DNA of 62,823 nt, filler included, from Collodictyon triciliatum (GCA_043381765.1; 40 parts of 40 records of this genome joined end to end with filler, not necessarily neighbours in it); one strand, 5' to 3'. Shown: positions 14,253-27,246, counted from the first letter of the whole stretch. Notes: a model not told the origin generated them from the letters alone. Numbers and translations are program-made.

Positions 14253-14352
<100 letters not shown>

Positions 14353-14379
14353 TCAACTGCCCGCATTTTTCTGATAGAT

Positions 14380-14945
14380 AAAGCACACGCTATAAACCTT
14401 TGTTTGCTGGGATTTCTGCTTCTCCGAATCCTTAGATTTTTCTCTAGTTCCTTTTGAGGAATCCCTTTCGTTATCCTTCTCCTTTGCTGGAGAGATTGTT
14501 GCTCCCTTTCCCCGCTTGGCCACATTTTTTGTTGCTTCGAAAATCTCTCTTCCTTCGGACTAGATCAAATAAACTCATAATTAGTGGTAATCATAAACAT
14601 ACTAAATTGCTCTGCAACCTTCTTCAATCTATCCTCTAATTCTTCAATTTTTCTCTCCATGTCAGATATTTTGCCAGAGTATTCCGCGTGGATGGATTCA
14701 CGACGAGATTGGAAATCAGCTTCAAGCTTGTTATTAAAAATGTCAGATGATCTATTTGTATTCACATCATAAATTCCTATAAAAATGTGAATTTCTGATT
14801 ATTTTTTTCTGTCATGAACCATACAGCAAGGCGCTGTTTTTCTATGTATGTTTTTGAGCTGTCCTCGAAAGTTTTCTGCTGAAAAATTCGCTGTTTACGC
14901 TGGTTTCTTTCGGCTAAACCAACATGACGCGTGAATATAGATGAA

Positions 14946-14995
<50 letters not shown>

Positions 14996-15220
14996 NNNNN
15001 NNNNNNNNNNNNNNNNNNNNNNNNNNNNNNNNNNNNNNNNNNNNNNNNNNNNNNNNNNNNNNNNNNNNNNNNNNNNNNNNNNNNNNNNNNNNNNNNNNNN
15101 NNNNNNNNNNNNNNNNNNNNNNNNNNNNNNNNNNNNNNGTATCGTTTATCGTGACATATAATCTTGCTTGCAGTTCTTGAACGGTGGTCTCAAGGTCTGC
15201 AATTCTGTTCATATACTCAC
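14380..15220 (-). CDS. Coiled-coil protein, partial, function unknown
   Basis: Heptad-rich exons MNRIADLETTVQELQARL and KISDMERKIEELEDRLKKVAEQF, with plausible splice sites. Confidence 0.45.
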
Positions 15221-15611
15221 CTACAAGCGATTCTTAATTGAGAGGGTTGACTATGCTTGATTTAAATTCGAATTAGAGTGTTCTGTTTAGATTAAGAAGA
15301 AAGGCACATGACTTACTGCAATTCAATGTGTTTTTATCATATTGCATCGTTTGAGCGTGTCAATTATATAGTATCGTTTGTATCAAGTTTAATTAGCGGA
15401 ATGTCCATTCACATGTAAAATGAATTTAAATATTGGGTTCATGTAAATTTATTCTGAATAATCCCTAAGAGATATTAACCCAATTGTTTCGAATGGTGCA
15501 TCAACGCCTAGATGTCCATTTCTCGCACCCCCATCCTATAAATGAAGACAGAGGCGCATTTAGATCATTACATTTTAAATGTGACTACGCTTAAGATTTC
15601 TTTTTATTAAG

Positions 15612-15734
15612 CATAACATAACATAACATAACATAACATAACATAACATAACATAACATAACATAACATAACATAACATAACATAACATAACATAACATA
15701 ACATAACATAACATAACATAACATAACATAACAT
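15612..15734. repeat. (CATAA)n microsatellite; representative of the many simple repeats at contig ends
   Basis: Also (AAT)n 14253-14348, (TACA)n 20376-20478 and 37939-38055, (GATA)n 25135-25218, (CA)n 42507-42567, (AGAA)n 45819-45962, (TTCTTGTTT)n 52511-52730. Confidence 0.97.
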
Positions 15735-15834
15735 NNNNNNNNNNNNNNNNNNNNNNNNNNNNNNNNNNNNNNNNNNNNTTAATTAATTAANNNNNNNNNN
15801 NNNNNNNNNNNNNNNNNNNNNNNNNNNNNNNNNN

Positions 15835-17268
15835 TTGATTTCGAAAGCGGAGCCGATGACACTGCCATATAGGCCGACTTGGCTCATGATAAGATTGAAG
15901 GGCGCGATTTTGGTGAGTTCCTCAGGGAGACCAACCACGACCATTTTTCTGTGTGCGGAGAAGTGACAGATACCCGCCCCAGTTAATGTCGTTGCTATTG
16001 GCTGTCACAAGGATAACATCCAACTAACAAATTCTGATTGTAAAACAAAGTTCACTTTCTTTATTTTAGCAATATATAACCACATATGAACGGATTTTTG
16101 TGTTTGATTCGCAAACGGTCTTTGCAGCAGAAGCGATTTCGGCAGGGTTGCTACTGTTGATGAAGTGATGCGCTCCAAGCTTGATGTCTTCCTCTTCCTT
16201 TTTCTTTGAGTGAGAAATGGCGGTTACTTCGCCTCCTAGGGCCTGCAGTTTTTTTTGTTTTAAATATATAAACACATGAATCGACTTTAAAGCGATATAT
16301 GCCGTGAAGTTATTTTATTTTGTAACATAAATATCATAGTGAAAACAAACCTTGGCAAACTGAATTCCCAAATGCCCATGTCCTCCGATACTAATCATTC
16401 CCACCTTGATTCCGTTGCTTGCACGGTCGCTGCTTATAAAAAAAAATGTAAAAATAAAGCGCTTCGTTTATTGTATCAAGAAATTATATAACTTAGGCAT
16501 CTGTGAGTCTAAATGATGTCTACCGCCTCAGGCAGCGAAAACTGTGATTCCAACACTTAGAAGAGGAGCAGCAACATCAGAAGGGATACTTTCTGGGATG
16601 AGGAAGGCGAATTCGGACAAGAGACGGATGCGGTCGGCATGTCCGCCCCTTGAGAGCTCACCGTCAGCGTAGGGTATATTGTAGATGAAGACTTTCTTTG
16701 GGTACCATTGATCATCCTTGTTGCTGCACTCATAAAAATCGGGCTTCAGACAGGCAAAACACTGACGCCCACACCCACTCGGTCTCCTACCTTGAAGGAA
16801 GGTCGATATTGATGAGAGGTGAGCGCAAGACTACGTAACATGCAAAGCTTTATATGGATGGAATCTATTTTATGAGACTTACCATCAAGTTCGTCATGTT
16901 ATGACCTGCGGCAACAACCTCGCCGATAACCTCATGTCCAACCACCACAAGATAGACTGACCTCTTCCAGCCTTTATCGATGGTATGGATATCTGTAAAG
17001 TTGTGAATAATACGAATAAGTGGAGCAACAACATCAGAGTCTATGGTGCGGCGTTGCTTCTCATCACAAGCTGAGCTTTACAACCTGATGCAGCCTCTGT
17101 GTATTTGTAACAAAGGTCACTCACCCGACCGCAGATTCCGCAGTGGGTGATTTTGAACTCAAAGTTGCGCGGGCCAAGGATGCGGGGGTGATACGTTTAT
17201 GGCTCAAGAGCTGCTCCGGCACTCAATGCGGCATAGGAGTGGAATGAAACGCTGGTGTCAACGGCCAT
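15835..17268 (-). pseudogene. Zn-dependent (cinnamyl/NADPH-type) alcohol dehydrogenase pseudogene
   Basis: Motifs HCGICG.DIH, GHEVIGEV, VGDRVGVG, IGG.GHLGIQFAKALG. In-frame TAA at ~17197, lost Cys ligands (CLKPDFYEC...WY; APLLS in place of APLLC), and a frameshift or stop near 16530. Confidence 0.8.
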
Positions 17269-17415
17269 GTGGCTGCTTTTTATATGGGATAGAAGCGGGG
17301 TAAGTTGAAAGAAAANNNNNNNNNNNNNNNNNNNNNNNNNNNNNNNNNNNNNNNNNNNNTTAATTAATTAANNNNNNNNNNNNNNNNNNNNNNNNNNNNN
17401 NNNNNNNNNNNNNNN

Positions 17416-17489
<74 letters not shown>

Positions 17490-17637
17490 TTTTTTGTTTT
17501 TGATCAATATTTAGAAAAAAAATAGAAGAGTCAAGCAGGGTGTTTCAAAAGCCCAGACAGCACTGTTTCGTTCTTGGGTATATGCTCCATAAGAGGACGA
17601 GTCAGAAAAGAAGGGAAAGACAAAAAGCGAGTGTGCA

Positions 17638-18705
17638 TTAATTGTGATGTTCACCAAAGACATAAACGGAGAAGGATGGGTCTGTCTGGGGTGGCGGTTG
17701 GGAGACGTGAGGGGGCCTGGGGTATTTCGGCGAAGGAAGGCCGTTCTCCTTACAGTATTTCTTGACCCACGGAGCAATGGCTTTTTGAGGGCGGCTGACG
17801 ATGTCCAAGAATTTACCATGGTTGTCATGCTCGAGGTAGTAATCAAGGGTGATGGTGTAGTTTGGGTTTCTGGTCTGAGAAGGGCCATGATGGTGAGGAG
17901 AGGTCTGAAAGAACGTTAGATTAGACGTTTGTGGATTGTAAGGAGAACTCGTGTGTGTCCGCATCTGATTGCCCTTGTCTGGTGGATAGTGCCCACGGTT
18001 CATGTTTTGGTAGGATGAGGAGGGAGTGGAATACCCATACTCACTACAACAGACACGAGAGCATCTAAGCGCCGGTGCAATACCACAAAAGGCAAGTAAA
18101 AAGACTATGCTGCATGCCAGGCCGCAGTAGAGGCAGATGGGGATATTTGTAGTGTGAGGCCCGTCCATGGGAGCTGTCATAATTGTGTAAACCGGAGGCA
18201 GCGGGGAATCCTGAGGCACGGCCATCAACGCCTGTTCAATTTTTAATAAGCTGTTAACCGTGCTGATTACCCCAGGAATGACAAAGGTCGGCAGGACACA
18301 TCGCAGTGAATGCAAACGAGCTTCTGTCCATATACTCATGACCCCCAGTATTAAGGCCAGGTTTGAACAAAGTGAAATAATTGCCCCCGTGCGCGCTGCT
18401 TGCAAGTTGTTCTTTATGTCAAGGCACCAATCGGCGCCACATTCATCGTATTCCACCCACTCTTCTGTTTTATAAACTCTTTTCACATAGTCCCCGTCCA
18501 CAATCATATACGTAGTGTTTTTGATTTGAAGGCGCATTTTTTCCAGTTCATATGTAGTCGTTACGTTAGCGCTCCACAACCCACCTTCCAAGGGTCCTAC
18601 CTCGGACGTTCCCCATTCATGAAGCCCAACTGCTGCGCTGAAAAATGCGATGGTTGACAAATACATAAAGACTGTTATACAAGTAAGCCTGCCTTTCTTT
18701 GTCAT
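17638..18705 (-). CDS. Intronless 355 aa tetraspan membrane protein, PMP22/claudin-superfamily-like
   Basis: About four hydrophobic segments. The first loop has W...GLW...C....C...LQAAR, the claudin ECL1 signature. Long cytoplasmic tail. Confidence 0.6.
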   Translation of the reverse strand: MTKKGRLTCITVFMYLSTIAFFSAAVGLHEWGTSEVGPLEGGLWSANVTTTYELEKMRLQIKNTTYMIVDGDYVKRVYKTEEWVEYDECGADWCLDIKNNLQAARTGAIISLCSNLALILGVMSIWTEARLHSLRCVLPTFVIPGVISTVNSLLKIEQALMAVPQDSPLPPVYTIMTAPMDGPHTTNIPICLYCGLACSIVFLLAFCGIAPALRCSRVCCSEYGYSTPSSSYQNMNRGHYPPDKGNQMRTHTSSPYNPQTSNLTFFQTSPHHHGPSQTRNPNYTITLDYYLEHDNHGKFLDIVSRPQKAIAPWVKKYCKENGLPSPKYPRPPHVSQPPPQTDPSFSVYVFGEHHN

Positions 18706-18822
18706 CTCTTGGTCGTGAGGGCGTCCCTGTAAGGTGTCGAATCAAGATAACATATTGATAGACTCTTCAGTGAATGAATGAACGTTTTCTTGGGTTTTTT
18801 TTTTGTTTTTTGTTTTGTTTTG

Positions 18823-18884
<62 letters not shown>

Positions 18885-19112
18885 TTTTTTTTTTTTNNNN
18901 NNNNNNNNNNNNNNNNNNNNNNNNNNNNNNNNNNNNNNNNTTAATTAATTAANNNNNNNNNNNNNNNNNNNNNNNNNNNNNNNNNNNNNNNNNNNNTCTT
19001 TTTTTCTTTTTTTCTTTTTTTCTTTTTTTCTTTTTTTCTTTTTTTCTTTTTTTCTTTTTTTCTTTTTTTCTTTTTTTCTTTTTCTTTTTCTTTTTCTTTT
19101 TCTTTTTTTTGA

Positions 19113-20355
19113 ACTTTGCAGAAAGGTCATGAACCCAAAGAACCTGAGCATGTTGTGTACGAACTTCCAGCACATCTCAGTAGAGTAACGCGATCCAACT
19201 CTGCTGCATCGCATTCCTCGCCACCCATCCTGAAACCCTCCACCAAATCAGAGTTGAATGCCGCGGATGGACAAACGTCACCGCCGCCGAAGGCATCGCC
19301 TTCGTGTATCCAAAAGGCCCAAAGGATATGCAAGTTAGAGCCAGAGGTACGCATCTTTACAATTAGAAAAAGGGTTACCAGATACAATAGATTGTGTGTG
19401 GTGAGGGGAAAGAAAAGTATTAGAAGGTGTTTGGGTTGGTGTGATGCGGTGTGCGTGACAGGATAAGTTTGATGCTTTCTCTGCTTGTAACCTCGACGTG
19501 CACTGAATAATCCAAATAGATGGCCATCTATGTGTACTCTTATTGGCTATCAAAGCGAGAGAGGCGTAATGCTCCACTTGTGCGCAAAGCGAAGCATCAA
19601 GTGGTTTCTGACCATGAGATGAAGAAACATGTTGAGAAAACTGTTAGTATTTAATCAAATTATTTCAAAAAAAAAAAAGGAGATATCACTAATTTTTACA
19701 GAAAACGTTGTTCTTGAGATATTATTATTGGTGGTAGAAAAGTCTATAAAAATGGGAAATAGTTTTATTAGAAAAGTTGATGAATTGCTAATTTGATTTT
19801 ATATTGACCCGTGATACAACTTTTGAAGCATCAAGAAAAAGTGCAAGACTTTGTGCAGCTGAAACACTTGCGGAATGACATGGAAAAAGTACGATTGTGT
19901 TTGGAACTCGTACGGAGGCGAGAGATAAAGAAACGGGAGCTTGTCAAATGTCTATGTATGTCCGTTGAATTCCAGACGAAGCGACAGATGTATGTCATGC
20001 GCCGGTTCATCAAGCAAGTGGAAAGGTGATTTCTGAATTTATGGTATTTTCGGTTATTTTGCTGATTGCCTTGTGAAAGTCATTAAAAGAATTATCTAAA
20101 ATTTTAATTACATATGGCTTTTTCTTTTCTTTTTTTTTACTTTTTTTCATTTATTTGCATGCCCCTTTACTTAGCCTTGGAGGTAATACGCTAAATTAGC
20201 ATTATATGCAGTTTTGATGTACACGGATATTTCCGCGACCCAGTTAACCCAGCAATTGCACCCGACTATTTTGAAGTTGTGAAACATCCAATGGACTTCT
20301 CCACGATGCGATACAAACTCGATGGTGGGATGTATTCCACATTGGGCGATGCTAT
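19113..20355 (+). CDS. BRPF1/BRD1-like bromodomain chromatin protein, partial, multi-exon
   Basis: YSYWLSKRERRNAPLVRK, LRNDMEKVRLCLELVRRREIKKRE (EPC-II-like), then bromodomain FRDPVNPAIAPDYFEVVKHPMDFSTMRYKLDGGMY. Confidence 0.8.
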
Positions 20356-20578
20356 GGTATGTATTGACCTCGATTCATACATACATACATACATACATAC
20401 ATACATACATACATACATACATACATACATACATACATACATACATACATACATACATACATACATACATACATACATNNNNNNNNNNNNNNNNNNNNNN
20501 NNNNNNNNNNNNNNNNNNNNNNTTAATTAATTAANNNNNNNNNNNNNNNNNNNNNNNNNNNNNNNNNNNNNNNNNNNN

Positions 20579-21023
<445 letters not shown>

Positions 21024-24000
21024 TCAAAGACTCGTCGTTCTGAGAAAGATGGGACTGATTTATATTTTTTTAATCATACGGTATCCAATTTATATGCAAT
21101 ATTGCTTTTTTACGTGTTTTGTTGACAATTATAGCAAAAAATAATCATTTTTTTATATATTCCATACTTGTAGTTCTGGTAGTCTTTCACAGCAGGAAGT
21201 CCAAAAAAGGGCAATTGGCAATCACAAACAACCAACGCTTGCCGCTTTCCCACCCGCCGATTTTGTAATGAGGTGTATGTAATCGTCCTCATTTATATCT
21301 GGCATTACTTTGCACATCCCAAGTAATGTTCAATTATACCAAATACAATAGTAAAATACATTATAATTAAGTCAACAAACAAAAATTACTTTTCTCTGCG
21401 CCGACTATCCGAAACAAGTCCCATCGCGCAGAACGCATCCCATATGTAAAAATGATAAGTTCGCCTATTGAAAATAGTAATCAGCATTAAATTTTAATGT
21501 GTTTACCCCTTTCCATTAAAATCTGAATTATATGAGATTTCTATTCCGCTGTATATGGTCATTCAGTTTGCAGGCATTCTTGTCATGGTCTAAAATTACA
21601 GAATCGACAATGTAAAGTGTGGTGGATGTTTCCTCTCATTCCACACAAAAGTGATGAGCTCTACCATCATGATGGAGCTTCAATTTTCACGAATTTTTTA
21701 TTTTTCTAAAATCACAATCATGGGTGGAATATATGATAATTGGGTATTCGTAATGGTGTGCATCATTTGTGCAATATGTTCATGCTGATTATAAAAAATA
21801 TATGATCTCCCGTGAAGCAACACAGGGTTGGAATCACGGCATTTCCTTCTATGATGAAGATGATTAAATCAACTTGAAAAAAATTGTGGGATACGACGTT
21901 GCGGCGAACAAACGAAATGTCCAACATTTAGAGTGCAAGTAAATGGGCATTATGATTCGGGGTTGGGTTGCTGTATTGGGGTTGCTATCGAAGAAAAAAT
22001 TGGGGCTCTAATTTTTTTCATATCCAATTAAAAAATTATATGTACGCGATGAGATAAANNNNNNNNNNNNNNNNNNNNNNNNNNNNNNNNNNNNNNNNNN
22101 NNTTAATTAATTAANNNNNNNNNNNNNNNNNNNNNNNNNNNNNNNNNNNNNNNNNNNNTTTTTCTTTTTTCTTTTTTCTTTTTTCTTTTTTCTTTTTTCT
22201 TTTTTCTTTTTTCTTTTTTCTTTTTTCTTTTTTCTTTTTTCTTTTTTCTTTTCCTACATCCATTTTCAAGCGCGACACAAAGCAGGAAATGGACAAAACT
22301 CTGATCTCGCGCACACACCCAACGGTTTGGCTCTTTTGGTGGGCAAAGCAGAGACGAACCAGCACGTCGGCGGATTTGTGTGGATAACTCCAAGCACGAC
22401 TCTTTGCGCAAGCACAACCGTGAATGATTGGATGAGCTGAGCCATAAAGGTAGATGCGGCTATTCGGCTCTTCTTTCTTGGCTGCACATCAGCACAACAG
22501 AACATTCTTTTCATGCGTGCGATTGTGATGGCAGTAATGAACCATCAGCGAACCAAGAAAATGCTGTCAAATGGCACGTTTTCGATTGCAATCATAAGCG
22601 CTCATGTTCATATAGCATCCGTAGATAGTCATGAAAAGTGAATTAGGTTCTCTTTCATCTTTTTTTTATTTAATTTTAGAAGCTATTTATTCATTTAAAG
22701 GGGGCTTGAAAAATGAACGAGAGGGAAGCACACCGCCTAGAGAGCAAATGTTTCTGACAATTTACACTCGCATGGTGCAGAAATGATTTTAGAAAATTGT
22801 ATTGCGTTTGTGTCACAAGAAATGGCAATAAATTAATTCAAAGATTTAATTATGACTGCTCCTCTTTTGTATTTGCGTTGGTGGGTATCTGCATCATATC
22901 CAATATGTTTTCTTTTCAACACAATACACGGCTTATCAACTCATTCCTTTATCATATACGGACATCTAATAATCCTCAAATGCGTCACGACTCCTTTTGT
23001 ACAGCATTGATTTCTTCACAGTTAAAGTCCTTTGAATGAAGGTTTATCAATTATTGGAAATATTGGTTATGGTATATATGACTTCATGCTATCTAGTATG
23101 TTGGCTTTAAAAACAATCAAATGCAACGCAAAAGTCGATGAGAGGAGAGCACAGAAATTATGTGAGTTTTTTTTCCTTTATTCGATTCAAAGATTGCTAT
23201 GTTGTTCTTAATATATTCATACAGTCAATGGCTAACCTCATTTCGTCATCTCTCTCAGATTCGATATCCTTGGGTTTGACTGCTGGTGAGTCTGCTGGAC
23301 CCGACTGACCATCCCGACTTGAGCTTGCCTTCAATACTGTCCAATTTTTACGCACCAGTTTAAAGACACGTGCATGAATAATATTGTGCGTATATCATTT
23401 ACAAGGAATGTCAAAAGGGCGTTTTTAGGGTTGGATTTATTGGTGAACAAACATTTATCGGCCGACTTTGAAGACATGTTTGGGAAATATCCAGGTAGGT
23501 TAAAATATGCAATAGTAATTGAATTTAAAGTGTTAGTTTTTTGTTTGTTTTTTTGTTTGTTTTTTTGTTTGTTTTTTTGTTTGTTTTTTTGTTTGTTTTT
23601 TTGTTTGTTTTTTTGTTTGTTTTTTTGTTTGTTTTTTTGNNNNNNNNNNNNNNNNNNNNNNNNNNNNNNNNNNNNNNNNNNNNTTAATTAATTAANNNNN
23701 NNNNNNNNNNNNNNNNNNNNNNNNNNNNNNNNNNNNNNNAGAAAAAAGAAAAAAGAAAAAAGAAAAAAGAAAAAAGAAAAAAGAAAAAAGAAAAAAGAAA
23801 AAAGAAAAAAGAAAAAAGAAAAAAGAAAAAAGAAAAGACGGGGTTCTTCGTTTATTGTGTGAATTGTTTATGCCTTAACTTCCCTCACTCTCCTTCGCAA
23901 CCCTCGAATCGCACCGCGCCAATCAGCCCGATACAAAATATACGGCGACATGATTTAACCGGCCGATCATTAGAGACAAAATGAACATATTCACAGCCCC

Positions 24001-24242
24001 ATTCAAGATACTGGTTTCTTTCGCATCACCAATCGCCGCTTCTTTTCTTTTCCATTTCATTTTCATTTTCATTTTCATTTTTTTCTATCCTTCCCTTGCG
24101 CTTTACATGTTTCGTTCGTTCATTCGTTCATTTCCATATCTCATTGCCGATGATTCATTTATGATATATTGTTTCCTTTCACAATTTTACTTCTTGCTAA
24201 ATGGTGCTATATCTCTTCCAATCCACAGTGTCATCAGCCTGG

Positions 24243-24618
24243 TTAGCAGCACTTGCCCTTGGCTTTTTCGTTTGGCGAGGGTGATTTCAGATCAACCACT
24301 TGCGACCCGCCTGCGAGCGACGGGATTTGAGAGCCTGTGAGAACCATAGAGCCTGACACGAGGTTAATCCTCTGCATGACGCTGGTGTCGTCCAAGACCG
24401 AACTTGCAAGGTCCATAAAGGCTTGAAGAACATTCTCGTTTGTCTTTGCGCTGGTTTCGATGTACGGAATCCCACACTCCCGAGCAAGAGCTTGGCCCTC
24501 CTCAGTGGAGACATCCTGCAGTGGAGGGGAGTGGATGCGTGTGGGTGTTTATTTATGTGAAGCGAAAGCGAAAAGGCTTCCCTTGTATTCTCTTGCTTAG
24601 AATAAGACAGGGTTTTGC

Positions 24619-24651
<33 letters not shown>

Positions 24652-24839
24652 GTACAGATACATATTAATGTGGTTCATTCGGGGGATATTGGTGAGAGAG
24701 AGACAAATGGCTGAAGTTGATTGTGTTCGTATATTTTATGGACTCACGCGATTGGGAAGGTCGATCTTGTTTCCTATCAATATGGCTTTGTATGAGCCTG
24801 TCGAGTGTGCCCTCATCTCAGACACCCATTTCTTAACAC
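24243..24839 (-). CDS. Rab-family small GTPase, last two exons
   Basis: VKKWVSEMRAHSTGSYKAILIGNKIDLPNR | DVSTEEGQALARECGIPYIETSAKTNENVLQAF...KGKCC* shows G4 NKxD, G5 ETSAK and a CC prenylation motif. Confidence 0.92.
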
Positions 24840-25134
24840 CTTCATTTATGCATCGTCAAATAAAGTGGGAAATATGTGCGTGTGGGAGCGTAGAAACAGC
24901 TAGTCATAGTTGTACTTGTATGTCTGGCTTCATGAACATATTTAAGATGGTGTCATCCTTGGTATCTTTAAATGCTAGTCTATGGAAACATAATCCAGCT
25001 TACTATCAAAAGAATCTCTAATGCTGACATCATAAACAAGGAGAAATCCGACACAGTTTCTGTAGTATGCTGCGAAAGTTGTTCAGTGTTATGTTAAGGT
25101 ATCAAATTTATGTATAAAAATGGATGGATGGATG

Positions 25135-25218
<84 letters not shown>

Positions 25219-26112
25219 NNNNNNNNNNNNNNNNNNNNNNNNNNNNNNNNNNNNNNNNNNNNTTAATTAATTAANNNNNNNNNNNNNNNNNNNNNNNNNN
25301 NNNNNNNNNNNNNNNNNNCTTTTCTTTTCTTTTCTTTTCTTTTCTTTTCTTTTCTTTTCTTTTCTTTTCTTTTCTTTTCTTTTCTTTTCTTTTCGGTCTC
25401 GTTCGGCCTGTAAATGGATAAACTTCATACAAATGTTGTGACGAACTTGGTTTTATCCCTTTCAAGCCACAACACTTTTTATACAACGAAAGTGTACCCA
25501 CATATATAGCAGTATATTGCACAGAGGCAACCATCGAATTTAATCTGGATGACAAAAGCAAGAGCTTTGGTGAATCCAAAAAACAACCTGAATCATACAA
25601 TAATATGATTAGTATATATAATAATGCTTAAAAAAAAAAACTTAATAATCTCATTCTATTCCTGTAACTAGCTTATATTATATTATTCATTTATGTAATA
25701 TTAAAACTCAAAAATTCAAAAAATACAAACAAGCCCTTGCCTTGACCCAGACAGAACCCAATCTATAAATCTGCCACCAAACATGCATTCCAAAAAAGCA
25801 TACTATCCACACTTGCGGCGGTAATCATGTTGTTTGGGGCCGATATGTTGACTTTCAGTCGCAATGGCTATACAGCCGTCCTTTCGAACTAAGCAAATCG
25901 ACTCAGCGTTTTGTCTCAAATCACTTGTAAAAAACTTTAAAAACTTTGTGTGTTTGTTTGCCACAATGTGCACATTTTGAAAGTCTCAGTAGATGCTTAA
26001 TTATACATAAATTGATTTTATGCATTTTTTATTTTATTAAATTGACTAAAGTTTTATTAAAATTGAAAACTCGATAGTTTTGTAAAGGAAAAAGTAAAAC
26101 AAAGACTTTCAG

Positions 26113-26644
26113 ATGAAGAAAAGAAAACGCCTTGAGTCTGAGAATCCAAAGTCTGTGAAACCAGACTATCGAAATGTGAAAACATCTCTAAAGTCTATTA
26201 TAAGAATGCGGATGACTATGAGAAAATTAACGATACGGGTTTATTGCGTCATAATTTGGTTACCATCACTTATATGTTTGCAACATGTTACATATTGAAA
26301 TCACAACAACTCCAAACAATCAATGAAATGTTTTTTTTTAATGCTTTAAAGACAGTCAGAATAGTTTCACAAGATAGACCCGCAGTTTGAAAAAAAAACC
26401 AGATATGAGGGATGACATGATGGTTTTTTATCTCTATGATTTTCTATTCCTTTTGACCCGAGAAGAATGCTTTCCGTTGGTTGGATTGTCTCATGTGTTA
26501 CCGTACTTGGCGAAGAAAATGTTAGCAGCTTATCATAATAACATGAAGGAACATTTTGCAAAGAGGTTACTGCGCTTTACAAATCAAACAGTACCTAAAG
26601 ATGAGAATATGACGGAAGGTATTAAAAAGGCAGAGTTACGAAAG
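26113..26644 (+). pseudogene. Fanzor1-like (eukaryotic TnpB homolog) N-terminal region, two frameshifts, cut off by a LINE insertion
   Basis: Joined frames give MKKRKRLE...YRNVKTSLKSII/KNADDYEKINDTGLLRHNLVTITYMFATCYILKSQQLQTINEMFFFNALKTV.../...GLSHVLPYLAKKMLAAYHNNMKEHFAKRLLRFTN. This is colinear with Fanzor1 N-termini as I recall them (SpuFz1 KTSF...LKFYIL...INYLTVSMMTNLKVNVQEHFMQMLLRYIN). No RuvC motifs are visible. Confidence 0.75.
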
Positions 26645-26797
26645 TTTTTTTTTCCTTTATTCGATTCAAAGTGTAGCGAGGTTATGCCATACAAAGGGGC
26701 GGGATGGGAGCGCATGGGAGAAAGCAAACGCGAGTAGGAGAAGACACTACCGTGGAGAGGGTAGCACTGGAAAGAAGTCAGTGATAGCGAGTTGGTC
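26645..26797 (-). mobile_element. 3' UTR and poly(A) end of LINE subfamily A
   Basis: 26734-26797 matches 33209-33272 (one mismatch), just downstream of the RT ORF stop. On the minus strand it ends TTGAATCGAATAAAGG(A)n. Confidence 0.88.
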
Positions 26798-26897
26798 NNN
26801 NNNNNNNNNNNNNNNNNNNNNNNNNNNNNNNNNNNNNNNNNTTAATTAATTAANNNNNNNNNNNNNNNNNNNNNNNNNNNNNNNNNNNNNNNNNNNN

Positions 26898-26998
26898 GCA
26901 AAACCAAAGGGAAACGTGGTTTTTGTGCAAAACCAAAGGGAAACGTGGTTTTTGTGCAAAACCAAAGGGAAACGTGGTTTTTGTGCAAAACCAAAGGG
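26898..26998. repeat. 29 bp minisatellite GCAAAACCAAAGGGAAACGTGGTTTTTGT x ~3.5 (cut by contig start)
   Basis: Direct tandem copies; internal AAAACCA/TGGTTTT dyad. Confidence 0.9.
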
Positions 26999-27246
26999 GT
27001 AAATATGGAATGAGGTTATCTTCGAGCGTGTGGCTGGTGAAATAAATCGCCCGCTTCATAGAAAGTTGCAAGGGCGCAAAGTTTCAAAATATTGAGGCGA
27101 GCTCAAAGAGCATCGATTTGTCTACACATTTACTAGGACAGCGTGCAGCGAAGAGGAAGCACGAGATTCAAAGAATGGCCAGTCACTGACCAGCTTTTAG
27201 GCATTCTTATGAGGATTAAACTTGTTTTCTCTTTGTTTGATTCAGA

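Noticed and set aside
17197-17199. Stop-codon reassignment suggested by the in-frame TAA in the ADH
   Set aside because: The same gene has other lesions. Conserved exons of dynein, TDO, importin and Sec16 have no in-frame stops, and the Rab gene ends in TAA.
26898-26998. CRISPR array
   Set aside because: Units abut directly with no variable spacers; eukaryotic context and no cas genes.
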